A DNA stretch of 64,000 bases from the human T2T-CHM13v2.0 reference genome, Homo sapiens, in NCBI RefSeq assembly GCF_009914755.1, contig NC_060928.1; one strand, 5' to 3'. A model generated the notes under the pieces. That model was given only the letters and a program-made list of their open reading frames with translations, was not told where the DNA came from and searched no databases. Positions 1-17,479 of this stretch are shown here, one piece after another; within the stretch, counting starts at the first letter, position 1; each line of letters begins with the position of its first letter. Made by a program: the position numbers and the translations under genes.

Positions 1-1690
<1,690 letters not shown>

Positions 1691-1699
1691 AGTTCTGAA

Positions 1700-4600
1700 A
1701 GCTTTTCTTATTAAAAGTTCTGCATTCTGATTCTTGGGTGTGAGAGTAAAGCAAGACGGCAGAAAGAAGGCTCCACTGATTGTCCCTCCTGCAAGGACAC
1801 CAGATGAATAACTATTAATATCCACATAGAAAATACATTCATAAGAACCAAAAATCAGGTGAGTACTCAAAGTATCTGGTTTTAACCTCAGATCACTGAA
1901 AGAGGCACTGAAGAGACAGAAAAAACAGTCCTGAAATCACCATTTCCTTATCCCCAGCAGTGATGGCATGGTGCAGACAACAACTCTGGGTTCTGCAGGA
2001 GGGAGAACACAGCAATTGTGACGCACTGCACTCAGTGCTGTCCTGTTAGAGCAGAAAGGAAAACCAGACCAAATGCAGTTAATGCCCATCCACAGAGGGA
2101 TCAATTAAACCAGCCCTAGCTAGAGGGGAATCAGATTCCAGTGGTTGGAACTTCAGTGTTTGGAAACCTGGCAACTAAGGGCTCCCGCACTGTGTGTCTA
2201 AGAAAACTTGAAAGGCAGCCTAGGCCATCAGGACTGCAACTCTTAGGTGAGGCCTAGGGCTGAACCGGGCCCAGGGACAGTGGACTGGGGTGGGGAGGGC
2301 ATGCAACACACTGAGACACCAGCTGGGGCAGCCAAAGGAGTTCTGGCATTATCACTCCCTTAACACCAGACTGCACAGCTCATGGCTCCAAAAGGGACAC
2401 CATCCTTCTGCTTGAGGAGAGGAGGGAAAAGAGTAGGGAGTACTTTGTCTTTCATCCTGGACACCAGCTCAGTCACAGCAAGATAGTGCACTGGTCAGAA
2501 TCCTGAGGCCTCCTTTCCAGTCTCTGGCTCCTAGACATTCCTAGACACATCCTGGGCCAGAAGGAAACCTGCTGCCTTGAAGAAAAGAACCATGTGCTGG
2601 CAGGATTTATCGCCTGCAAACTTGAAAACCTTTGGGCTCTGAATAACCAGCAGCCATACCCAGTACTACATCAAGGGCCTTGGATGACCCTCATAGACTT
2701 GCTAGATTTAGGTGAACTCAGCACATTACCAGCTGTGGTAGCTAAAAGGCAAAACTCCTTCTTCTTGGGAAAAGTAGAGGGAAAATTAAAGGGGACTTTG
2801 TCTTGCCCCTTAGGTACCAGCAAGGCCAGAGGTGGGTAGAGCACCAAGCAAAATTTCATAATCCCTGATTCTAGGATTTGATTCTTGGCTGGCATTTATG
2901 AAGCTGCCCAGGGCCAGTAGGGAGCCCATTGCCCTGAAAACGGCAAGTCCCAGGCCAGGCAGCATTCATCGCAAGTTGACAAGAGGTTTTGGGCCTTAAG
3001 GGAACATTGGTGGTAGCCTGGCAGTACTCATTGTGGCCTGAGGTGGTGGTGGCTACTCTGCCTTTAGGAAAGGAAGGGAGGAATGGGAAGGACTATGTCT
3101 TGTGGTTTGAGTGTCAGGTCAGCTGCAATGCAATAGAATGTCAGGTGGACTTCTAAAACTTTTGACTCTACTCCCTGACTTCTGAATGGCACTTCTCGAC
3201 CCAGCCAGGGACTGAGGGCACTCACTGCCCTAAAGGAAAGAACACAGGCCTGGCTGGCTTTGCCACCTGCTAATTGTAGAGACCAAAGGCCTTGAGTGAA
3301 CATAGGCAGTCATCAGAAAGTGCATGCAGCAGGACTTGAGCAAGACCCAGTGCTGTGCTAGCTTCAGGTCTGATCCAGGGCAGTCATAGTGGTGGTGGCC
3401 AGGGGTGCTTGTGTCTTTCTTCTCCCAGCTTTAGGTGGCTTAGAACAGAGAGAAAGACTCTGTATCTTTGAGAGAAAATAATGGTAGAGAACAAGAGTCT
3501 CTGGCTAGTAATCTAGAAAATTCTCCTGGATCTTGTTGAAGGCTGTCAAGGTGGTACTTCTCTGAGTCTGGAAGAATTACAGCATTATTGGGTACAAGGT
3601 ACCCATAAAGCAGATATGGCTTAGATCACAACACCCAAGTCTTTTAAAATATGTGAAAAGTCTTCCCAAGAAAGACAGCTACAAATAAGCCCAGACAGTG
3701 AAGACTACAATAAATACTCACCTTTTCTCTTTTTTAATTTTATTTTTTAAACCTCTCATATGGTGCTGCATGCCCAAGAATTTAATGTCCAGACACTGAA
3801 TAACATCTACTAGCATCAACACCATCCAGGAAAACATGACCTCACCAAGTGAACTAAATAAGGCACCGGGGACAAATCCTGGAGAAAAAGAGATATGTGA
3901 CCTTTCAGACAGAGAATTCAACATAGCTGTATTAAAAAAAAACTGAAAGAAATTTAAGATAACAAAATAAAGAAATTCCAAATTTTGTCAGCTAAACTCA
4001 ACAAAGAGATTGAAAAATTTACAACAAATTAAGCAGAAATTCTGGAGCTGAAAAATGCAATTGGCATGCTGAAGAATGCATTAGAGCCATTTAATAGCAG
4101 AATGGATCAAGCAGAAGAAATAGTGAGCTTGAAGACAGGCTATTTGAAAATACGTAGTCAGAAGAGACAAAAGAAAAAGAATAAAAACAACAAATCATGC
4201 CTACAGGATCTAGAAAAATAGCCTCACAAAGACAGATCTAAGAGTTATTGGTTTTAAAGAAGATGTAGAGAAAGAGGCAGGGGTAGAAAAATTTATTCAA
4301 AGGGATAATAACAGAAAACTTTCCAAACCTAGAGAAAGATATCCATATCCAACTACAAAAATGTTATAGGACATTAAGCAGATTTAACCCAAAAAAAGAC
4401 TACTTCAAAGCATTCAATAGATCTTCCAAAAGTCAAAGATAAAGAAAAGTTCTAAAGGAAGAAAGAGAAGAGAAACAAAGAACATAACAGTGAGCTCCAA
4501 CACCTCTGGCAGCAGACTTTACGGTGGAAACCCTACCGGCCAGGAGAGAGAAGCAATAAATATTTAAAGTACTAAAGGAAAAAAAACCTTTTACCTTAGA

Positions 4601-4965
4601 ATAGCATATACAGTGAAAATATTCTTCAAATAAAAAGAAGAAATACTGACTTTTCCAGACAAAAGCTGAAGTATTTTATGAATACCATGTCTGTCCTAAA
4701 GGAATGCTAAAGAGAGTACTTCAATCAGGAAGAAAAGGACATTAATGAGCAATAAATGATCACCTAAAGGTAAAAAAAATCCTCAGTGCTAATAGGATAC
4801 AAAACAAAACAGAATATTATAACGCTGTAGCTGTGGGATGTGCAAACTACTCTTATTCAAAGTAGGAATACTAAATAATATCCAATCAAAAGTAATAGCT
4901 ACAACATTTCCAGACATAGCACAATAAAATATAAATAGAAACAACAAAAAGTTAAAAAGTGAAGG
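1700..4965 (+). mobile_element. Old LINE-1 5' UTR plus degenerate ORF1, truncated at the 5S array
   Basis: A-rich ORF1-like sequence (aattctggagctgaaaaatgcaa, ctggcagcagacttt, ttttccagacaaaagctga); ends abruptly at ~4966. Confidence 0.8.
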
Positions 4966-5344
4966 GATGAGCACACCCGTCCTGAGCCGGCCGATGTGGT
5001 GGAGCTCGGAGCTCGGGAGCCGGGGACGCCCTGGAGCGTGGGCGGAAGGGAGGCCGCCCCGAGAGCCGGAAGCCTGGGCAGGGCACGGAGGCCTAGGACG
5101 CCCCCCAGCAACAGCAGGGCGGCGCCACATTGGTCCTGCGCGAGGCCTGGCCGCCGGCGACGGCGGGACGCTCTGGGAGGCCGGCGGTGCTCGGGCGTAG
5201 AGGGAGACAGCTGCCCGGGGGCACGGACGAGCGGCTCTGGGGGTCCCGGATCCGAGCCCCGCTGCCCCGGGGTGGCGGTGACGCCTGGAGCCGGGCGGAC
5301 GTGGCTGGGCCGGGCTGTCGGGGCGGGCAGGCGCCGCTGCCGGT

Positions 5345-5464
5345 GTCTAGGCCACACCACCCTGAGCGCGCCCCAGCTCCTCTGAGCTCGTGAAGCTAAG
5401 CAGGGTCCGGCCTGGTTAGTACTTGGATGGATTCCGCCTGGGAATAGCGGGTACCGTAGGCTTT
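5345..5464 (+). pseudogene. RNA5SP174: 5S rRNA pseudogene (full length, diverged)
   Basis: gtctaggccacaccaccctgagcgcg…gaagctaagcagggtccggcctggttagtacttggatgg…gtaggctttt aligns to human 5S; D-box-like ggctgtcggggc at -32; symbol number from memory of the locus. Confidence 0.9.
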
Positions 5465-6351
5465 TGGCTTCCCGCTCCCTCCCTCTTTCCCCGTTTTGTC
5501 TCCGTGCTTCCCAACCGCCCCCTCCCTCCACCCTGTCCGCCCCTGCGCCCCAGCCGAAGCCCAGGACCTCCCCCTGAAGATCCGCCACTGCAGCACCGCC
5601 AGGCAGCAGCATCCCACCTTTTCCGTCTCGCCGCAGCCCCACCAGGAGCCGGGCTCCAACCCAGGCGGACTGGACCGACCCCGAGGGCGCAGGCGCGGGT
5701 TCCCTGAGGTCCCGGGTGTCTTTCACGCTCCCCGGAAGCCCAGGCAATTCATTCATCCAGCGCCGCTGCGACGGTCCAAGCCGGGGGAAGGGGCGGGCAG
5801 GGGCAGCGGGTCCCACAGACGCCAGCCGAGACCTCCGCTCCGGAACCCGTGGGCTGCTTTACCCGGGGGAAGGACATTGCCCTCGCCAGCCGTGAGGAAA
5901 TCCGTCCCTGTGCACTTTGCCACCGACTTCGTGTAAATTCCAGTCCCGAGGACACGAGAGAGACCCAGGCCTGGCCCCGTGGACAGGCTCAGAGCCAGGG
6001 CTCTCGCCAGACGGATGGGCGCATCTACAAATCTGGGGGGCCACCGCATCGAGAAGACAGAAAGAAGCAAACAAAGGAAGGACCCTATGAAACGCACCCC
6101 CAAAGCAAACAACCAATCCAAGAAAAAACACGTCTCAGGGCTCCGTTGGTTTTCCCGCATGGGGGGCCCTGACCCCCTGTTCTAGCCCGGCCTAAGCACC
6201 CTCCACCCCACCCCGGCCTGCTCAAAGGGGGCCTGTCTACCTGAGCAGAGCCTCCCTCTCCAAGGCTCTGTCGCTCTCGCTCTGCAACTCCCTCAGCCTC
6301 TCCCTTTCTCTACTTCCCCTTCCACCTCGCGCTCTTCTGTCGCGCTCTCTC

Positions 6352-6382
<31 letters not shown>

Positions 6383-6472
6383 CCCCACTCTCTGTCTCTC
6401 TCTCTCTCTATCGCTGTCTCTTTCTCTCCCTCTGGTTCTATCTCTCCATTCCTCTCTCCCTTCCTCTCCTTC

Positions 6473-7074
6473 TGTAGCAGGAGGAGCCGCAGACAAAACC
6501 CCTCAGACACCGAGTTGTAGAAGGAAGGGCTTTATTCAGCTGGGATCATCCGCAGACTCATGTCTCCAAAAACCGAGCTCCCCGACTGAGTAATTCCTGT
6601 CCCTCTTAAGGGCTTACAACTCTAAGGGGGTGTGCGTGAGAGGGTCGTGATCCATTGAGGAAGCAGAGGGTACTGACTGGGGGCTGCATGCAGCGGTAAT
6701 TAGATCAGAACAAAACAGGACAGGGATTTTCACAGTGCTTTTCGATACAATGTCTGTAATCTATAGACAACATAACCGAGTAGGTCAGGGGTATATCTTT
6801 AACTACCAGGCCCAGGGTGTGACACCGGGCTGTCTGCCTATGGATTTCATTTCTGCCTTTTAGTTTTTACTAAAAGCGGTGCGCCCATGTGTGTCTGTTT
6901 GGGAATGGGTTTGCTCGTGGTTGTGGTGGGGTGTGTCTGGATGTCCGTCAGTACCTTTGTCCCGGGATCAGGCTGCCTACTCTATCGCCAGCGCATGGGT
7001 GTCACAGTTGCTGTGTTAGTCTCAGTACGCAGAAATTGGGCATAAGACAATATGAGGGGTGGTCTCCTCCCTTA
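6473..7074 (-). mobile_element. Solo LTR2 (HERV-E LTR) with an internal foreign insertion at 6872-7028
   Basis: Minus strand starts TAAGGGAGGAGACCACCCCTCATATTGTCTTATGCCC and ends …CCTGCTACA; 4-bp TSD CTTC at 6469-6472 and 7075-7078; empty site (cttcaagc) visible in the sister units at ~8730 and ~10050. Confidence 0.88.
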
Positions 7075-7908
7075 CTTCAAGCTATCTTTGTCTGTGTCTG
7101 TGTCTTTGTGTGTCCGTGTGTGTGTGCCCGTGTGTGTCTCCGTGTGTGTCCGTGTGTGTGTGACCGCGCGCGTGCTCCCGTGTGTATCTGTGTGCGTGTC
7201 GGGGTGGGTTTGCTCGTGGTGGTGGGGTGTGTCTGGGTGGCCCATCAGCCCCTCTCCCCCGGGATCAGGCTGCGGGGGCTCTAGTGCCAGCGCGGGGCAA
7301 AGCAGGGCCTTGGCCAACGGGGCGAGTCCTCGTTGGGACAAGCGACAATGGTGTGGGCGTTGTGAGAAAAAGGGCCCTCAGGGCTGGGCCGGCTGTTTGC
7401 CCCTGGACAGCCCTGACGGCTCTGGGTGTGTGGGGCAAGAGGGGGCCTTGCAGGAGGGGCGGCGAGGGATCCAAAACAATTTTTCTGCGGCAAGACGAAG
7501 GACCGGAGGGGATCCCAGGACAGTTGGCCCTGGGCCCTGACGCCTCGGAGCACACCCCGTCCTGAGCTGGCCAGATGTGTTGGAAGCTTGGGAGCTCCCA
7601 AGCCGGGGAAGGCCTGGAGCGTCTGCGAAAAGGGAGGCCACCTGGTGTGCCTGGAGCCTGGGCAGGGGACTGAGGTCTCTGGCTCTCCCGCGCTGCAGCA
7701 GGGCGGTGCCACGGCGCGTTCTCTGGCCGCAGGCGACGGGGGTGGCTCTGGGAGGCCGGCGGAAGGCGCAGCGCGGCGGCCGGCGGTGCTGGGACCTTGA
7801 TGGGGAGAGCAGCCCGGCCGCGGGGGAGCGGTTCTGGGGCCCCGGATCTGAGCCCCGCGGCCCCGGGGTGGCGGTGACGCCAGGAGTCGAGCAGCCGCCA
7901 CTGCCGGC

Positions 7909-8030
7909 CTTTACGGCCACACCACCCTGAACGCACGGGATCTCGACTGACCTTGAAAGCTAAGCAGAGTCGGGCCTGGTTAGTACTTGGGATGCGAGAC
8001 CCCCTGGGAATACAGGGTGCTGAAGGCTTT
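7909..8030 (+). pseudogene. RNA5SP175: 5S rRNA pseudogene (full length, diverged)
   Basis: tttacggccacaccaccctgaacgcac…aagctaagcagagtcgggcctggttagtacttggg…ctgggaatacagggtgctgaaggctttt; symbol number from memory. Confidence 0.9.
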
Positions 8031-9552
8031 TGGCTCCCCGCTCCCTCCCTCTTTCCCCCTTTTGTCGCCGTGCTTCCCAACGGCCCCCTGACTCTACTCC
8101 CACTTTTCCGCACGCCTGCGCTCCACAACGCATGGGCTGCTTTCCACCGCGGAAGGACATTGCCTTCGTCAGCCACCAAGAAAACCGTCCCTGTGCACTT
8201 GGATTTTCATTGCCACCGACTTCGTGTAAAATCCAGTCTCGGGGACACGAGAGAGACCCAGGTCTTGTGCCCTGTAAGCACGCTCGGCGTTATGGCTCCG
8301 GTCAGATGGACAGGCGCACTCTACAAATCTCGGAGCCTACTGCATCAAGAAGACAGAAAGGAGCAAACAAAGGAAGGACCCTACCAAACGCACCCCTGAA
8401 GTAACTAACCAATCCAAGAGTGAACACGTCTCAGGGCTCAGTTAGTCCTCTCCCTTGGACGGCCCTGCCCCCCTGTTCTGGCCCAGCCCAAGCACCCTCC
8501 ACCCCACCCCGGCCTGCTCAAAGGGGCCCTGTCTGCCAGAGCAGAGCCTCCTCCAAGGCTCTATGGCTCTCGCTCTCCAGCTCCCTCATCCTCTCTTTTT
8601 CTCTTCTTCCCCTCCACCTCTCGCTCTTCTGTCACCTTCTCTCCGTCTCTCCCCACCCTCTCTGTCTCTATCTCTGTCTCTGTCTCACCCTTTGTTTCTA
8701 TCTCTCCATCCCTCTCTCCCTTGCTGTCCTTCAAGCCGTCTGTGTCTTTGTGTGTGTGTCCGTGCGTGTCCGTGTGCGTGTGCGCGCGCCCGTGTGTATC
8801 TGTGTGTGTGTGTGGGGGGGTGGGTTTGCTCGTGGTGGTGGTGGGGTGTGTCTGGGTGTCCGTCAGCCCCTCTTTCCCGGGATCAGGCTGCCGGGGCTCT
8901 AGTGCCAGCGCGGGACAAAGCAGGGCCTTCCTGCCCCCTTGGCCACGGGCCGGTCTTCCTCGGGACAAGCGACAATGGTGTGGGCGTTGTGAGAAAAAGG
9001 GCCCGCGGGGCTGGGCCGGCTGTTCGCCCCCGGGCAGCCCTGGCTTCTCTGGGTGTGTGGGGCAAGAGGGGGCCTTGCAGGAGGGGCGGCGAGGAATCCA
9101 AAATAATTTTTCCGCGGCAAGGCGGAGGACCAGAGGGGATCCCAGGACCGTGGGCCCTGGGCCCTGACACCTGGGATCACACCCCGTCCTGAGCAGGCCC
9201 CAAGTGTTGGAAGCTCCGGAGCTGGAGAGCCAGGGGAAGGCCTGGAGTGTCAGCTAAAGGGAGGCCGCCTGGAGAGTCCAGAGCCCTGGCAGGGAATGGA
9301 GGCCTCGGGCGCCTCAGCGGTCCTGCGCGTGGTCTGGCCGCCGGCGATAGCGGGACGCTCTGCGAGGCCGGCGGAAAACGCAGCGCGGCGACTGGTGCTT
9401 GGGCGTATAGAGGGGGAGAGCAGCCCGGCCGCGGGCGAGCGGCTCCGGGGGTGCCTGATCCCAGCCTCGCGGCCCCGGGTTGGTGGTGACGCCTGGAATC
9501 AGACGCGCGTAGCTGGACCGGGCTCTTGGACCAGCCAGGCGCCACCGCCATT

Positions 9553-9579
9553 GTCTACGGCCATACCATTCTAAACACG
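9553..9579 (+). pseudogene. 5'-only remnant of a third 5S rRNA gene
   Basis: gtctacggccatacca matches the first 16 nt of 5S exactly, then the sequence jumps into spacer; D-box-like ggctcttggacc at 9521 (-32). Confidence 0.75.
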
Positions 9580-9957
9580 AGAGAAACCCAAGCCGGGGCC
9601 CGTGGGCACGCTCGGGGCCACTGCTCCCGCCACAGGGACGGGCGCACTCGACAACTTTCAGGACCCACAGCACCAAGAGGACAGGGAGGAGCCAGCAAAG
9701 GAATGACGCTACGAAACGCACCCCCAAAGCCACCAACCAATCCAAGTGAAAACACGTCTCAGGGCTCCCTTGGTTTTCCCTCGTGGGCGGCCCTGCCCCC
9801 CTGTTCTAGCCCGGCCCAGGCACGCTCCACCCTACCCTGGCCAAAGGGGCCCCTGTCTACCAGAGCAGAGCCTCCTTCTCCAAGGCTCTGTTGCTCTCCT
9901 TCTCTAGCTCCCTCGCCCGCTCCCTTTCTCTACTTCCCTCTCCACCTTGCCCGCTCT

Positions 9958-9999
<42 letters not shown>

Positions 10000-11758
10000 T
10001 CTCTCTCTCCTTCCGTTTCTATCTTTCCATCCCTCTGTCCTTTGCTTTTCTTCAAGCTGTCTGTGTCTTTGTGTGTCTGTGTGTGTGCTTGTGTTCCCGC
10101 GCGTGCGCCCGTGTGTGTCTGTGTGTTTGGGAGTGGGTTTGCTAGTGATTGTGGTGGGGTGTGTCTGGATGTCCGTCAGTACCTTTGTCTTGGGATCAGG
10201 CTGCCAACTCTATTGCCAGCGCGTGGGTGTCACAGTTGCCCTGATAGTCTCACACACGCAGGTGTGTGGATCTCGTTCATTTTCATGTAGACAACGAGAT
10301 CGAAACCACAAAGAAAAGAATCCATGCATCACGGCCTGACGATGGATTCCTGTTTCCTGCAAAATTGGGGATCTGCAATATAGCCTGTTTGAAACTGGAA
10401 AGGAGAGCACCGACACGATGCTGGTGTTCCACGCATTCCTGGAAGTTTCTGGGTCCCCACAGAGCTCGGGAAACAAACAGTCAACATGGTCACACTTTCG
10501 GGGGGCGGGGGCAGAGACTTGAGCAACAGGCACCTCTGCAGAGGGCAAAGAAACGTGGAATCCAGAATCACGCTTTAGTTGTCCTGAGCGTGATTCCTGT
10601 GTGGATGGGACTATCCGCCTCGCGCTCTGTTGCAGGGCTCAACGTGGGGATATGTCATCTGTGAACCATGTGGATGAAAAACGGACAACCACCTGAGTCT
10701 CAGCTCATTGCTCTCTGGGGAATTCGCTCATTCCTTCGGAAACGGAATTCGTCTGAATCGCTCCGGGATGAAGTAACTCAGGCTGGCGATCCGGAGGGCC
10801 CAGCACTTAGCCCGCGCTGGGCACCCAGCATTTTCCCGGAGTGCTGGGTCCTGTTGGTTCTGGAGGCAGAAGACCGTTTTTCTGTCTGCCTTCCTTTATC
10901 TGTTTCTTGCTCCTTTTGTCCCTCGGTCCATCCTTCCGTCTGTTCTTCCCCTCCTCCCCTGGTTTTTTCCTCCCTTTCTCCCTCCCTCCCTCTTTCTCTC
11001 CTTTCCAGGGTCCCTCCGTCCATCCATCCTTTCCTAGCTCCATCCTTCCCTCCCACTCTGTCTCCGTTCCCGTCCTCATCTCTGCCTGCCTTGCCTCTTG
11101 CCTGGAAAGGGCAGCACCCTGGTTTGCACGGGGTCTCGGGTCTACATTTAGTTGCAAGGCGCTCCATGGTGCTGGCGAGGAGGCTGGCGGGACGGGGGTT
11201 GGCAAGTGTTGGTGAGCGAAGAGGCAGAGGAGTCGAGCCACGGAAAGGAGAACTGGCCTGGCTTCTGCCCCGGCCCAGCGCTTCGCGGACTGAGGTCTCC
11301 GCCAACTCGACTGAAGAACGCTGGGGAAAAAGGAATGAGAGCTCCGCCTGGGCTGGTTGGAAAACCTAGGCTAGTGCCTGCAAACCTGCGCATGCGCAGT
11401 AGACAGTCCACCTCCCGGTACCTGGGCGGGCCCTGGGATCCCCGGGATGCTCAGGAAAGAATGACAGCCCTCCTCTGTGTGGAGTCTCTCACCGGACCTG
11501 GAACTCAGGGATCCTAGACAGGTCAGCTGGAAGGGAAGGCACGCCTCTCCATACCGAGTCAGAGGTTCACCGCGAAAGAGAGGGCGCCGTCCTGCCCCCA
11601 CCCCGCCCCAACCCCGCTCCAACCTGCTCCTCCAGCAGAGCCCGGTGTTCTTCCTGGCTGAGGAGTGGTTCCAGCAGAGCGGGCTCTTCCACGTCCTTCA
11701 GCTCCCCCAGTGGCGCCGGATCTAGGAAAGGTCGTGCCTTTTGCTGAAACTCTGGTGT

Positions 11759-13213
<1,455 letters not shown>

Positions 13214-14164
13214 TCAGTTTTCAGGCAGAAACCACCCCGAAGGGTGGAGTGTGGAACTGAACTTCCGTGACGGTCTTGAGTTTTCCAGGCCCTCTGTGGG
13301 TGTCGCCGTTGCCGTGATAGTCTCACACACGCAGGTGTGTGGATCTCGTTCGTTTTCATGTAGAAAACGAGAGCGAAACTGCAGAGAAAAGAAACGTCGG
13401 GTGCATCACGGCCTGACCACGGATTCCTGTTTCCTGCAACAAGGGGAGTCTCCACTGTGGCCGGTCTGGAAACCGGAAAGGAGAGCGAAGTCACGATGCT
13501 GCTTTTCCACGCTTCGCTGGAGGTTTCTGTGTCCCCGCAGAGCTCGGGAAACAGCCAACGTGGTCGCGCTTTCGGGGGCGGGAGACACGCGAGCAACAGG
13601 TCCCCTTGCAGAGGGCGAAGGAGCGTGGAACCCGGAATCACGGTTCACTCGGCCCGAGTGTGACTCCCGTGTGGACGGGCCTGTCCGCCTCGCGCTCTGT
13701 TGCTCAACGTGGGGCCGTGTCGTCTGTGAACCACGTGGATGGAAAACGGACAATCACCCGCGTCTCGGCTCATTGCTCTCATTCCTTGGGAGGCGGAATT
13801 CGTCCGAATTGCTCCGGGATGAAGTGACCCGGGCCGGCGATCCGGAGGGCTGGTGAGCTGGTGGGCGCCCCGCAAGCAGACGCGGCTGTGGGCCGAGCTC
13901 TCGGCCTGCACCGGGCACCCCACGTTTTCCCGGAGTGCGAGGTCCCGCTGGCCCTGGAGGCGGAAGACCGCTTTCCTCTCTGCTTTCCTCTCTCTGTCTC
14001 TTGCTCCCTTTCTCCCTCTGTCCTTCCCTCCCTCCCTCCTCCCTCCCTCCCTCCCTTCCTCCCCGCTCCCCACTTTCTCCTTTCCAATGTCCCTCTATCC
14101 ATCCGTCCTTTTCTCGCTCCATTCCTCCCTTTCTCTCTGTCTCTGTTCCTCTCCCCATCTCTAT

Positions 14165-14430
14165 TTTTCAACATTATATGATCCCATTGTGTGTATCTGT
14201 GTGTTAACATTTTTTTAGCAATAAAATTCATTTTCATTATGTACATTGTTATTTAGACACATTATTTATGTATGTGCATTTGTTTAATAGACATAATTTA
14301 TTTCAGCGTTATTCTACAGCAGAGTGTAAGCATAACTCATAAGCAGGGTCAACCCAAAAATTGTGTGACTCGCGTTACTGTGATTCTTTTATACTGCAGT
14401 GCTCGAGAATAAAATCTCTGTATCTCCAAT
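14165..14430 (+). mobile_element. Tigger-like DNA transposon end fragment
   Basis: aaattgtgtgactcgcgttactgtgat…atctcc resembles the Tigger1 terminus. Confidence 0.45.
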
Positions 14431-15117
14431 TCATATCTGTGTATTACCATTGAATTGGCCCCATTTCCTGTAGTGATAGAACACTATTCCCGCACTATGA
14501 CAAGAGCTGTGGGCTGTGGGGAGGTCAGGGATCGGATGACACGGAAGTGACGATAAGACATTCTCTTTTTCACATTTTTATTAAATACAAATTCCATATG
14601 AAAGAAATTTAAAATTCCAAACAACATTGTTTATTTCATTACATAAAATGAAAATTATAAAGCAACCAAACAATTAATACACTTAGATAATGAAATAGTG
14701 TATGATCTCAGTACAAAATACAAGTAGAATATACGTCAAATATAACAAAATACACTGTATTGTAGTACGTGATGAAATCTCCATATCCTGCAATATAGTA
14801 CAATCAATTGAAATGTATAAAATATAATAAAATATAAATTTAGGATGTTTAAAATGAAATGAAACATGAGGCAGGTCAATAAATAAGTACAATCATTTAC
14901 CATTTACTATATCTTGACTTAAATTTTATGTAGAAATATTAAAAGTAAACAGCTTGCATAGTAATTTTACTATAATTATATCAAACTAAAAATATATACA
15001 CATTTTCCCACAGGGAGTGCTATTAATGGTTTGTGGATATTAGTACTCCATGGGTTCAGGCTGGAAGAGTGAGAGCCTACAACCTTTTCTGGATTAAAAG
15101 AGAAGCAATTTCTTGGT

Positions 15118-15421
<304 letters not shown>

Positions 15422-15767
15422 TTATATTTACTTTTCTACAATCTAAAATATGCAAATTCACGATTACATTCTAATGTTTTTCTGATTATATAGAAATGCA
15501 TGACTGTCATCAGACATCCAAAAGGCATCAAATGTCTAACATGAAATATAAAATTTGTCTATAGTCTTAGCGGTCTGCAAAATTCAGGGCTCTCACCATT
15601 CTGAGTATACCGCTCAAGTTTCTTTCCTATGACTTCTTCAGGTTCTGTCATTTATTAACACAGTGTGTCTAAAATTGTCACTGCTGGTCATCTGGAAGAA
15701 TCTGAGAAGAAGCAGATCCTTGTTCTCATTCCCAGAGCTGCATCTCTGCTGAATAGGGTCAGGGTGC

Positions 15768-17474
<1,707 letters not shown>

Positions 17475-17479
17475 CTAGA

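Larger units (their letters stand above)
4969..10222 (+). repeat. Degenerate tandem array of three 5S rDNA repeat units (gene plus GC-rich spacer with CT and GT tracts)
   Basis: Motif cacacccc?gtcctgagc recurs at ~4972, ~7551 and ~9178; each is followed by 5S sequence and homologous spacer blocks (aaacgcacccc…aaccaatccaag…cacgtctcagggctc, (CT)n, (GT)n, gggatcaggctg). Confidence 0.9.

Noticed and set aside
4789-11500. Many 100-300 aa ORFs on both strands in the 5S/D4Z4-like region
   Set aside because: GC-rich, low-complexity spacer DNA; Pro/Arg/Gly-rich translations with no domain; frames differ between homologous units.
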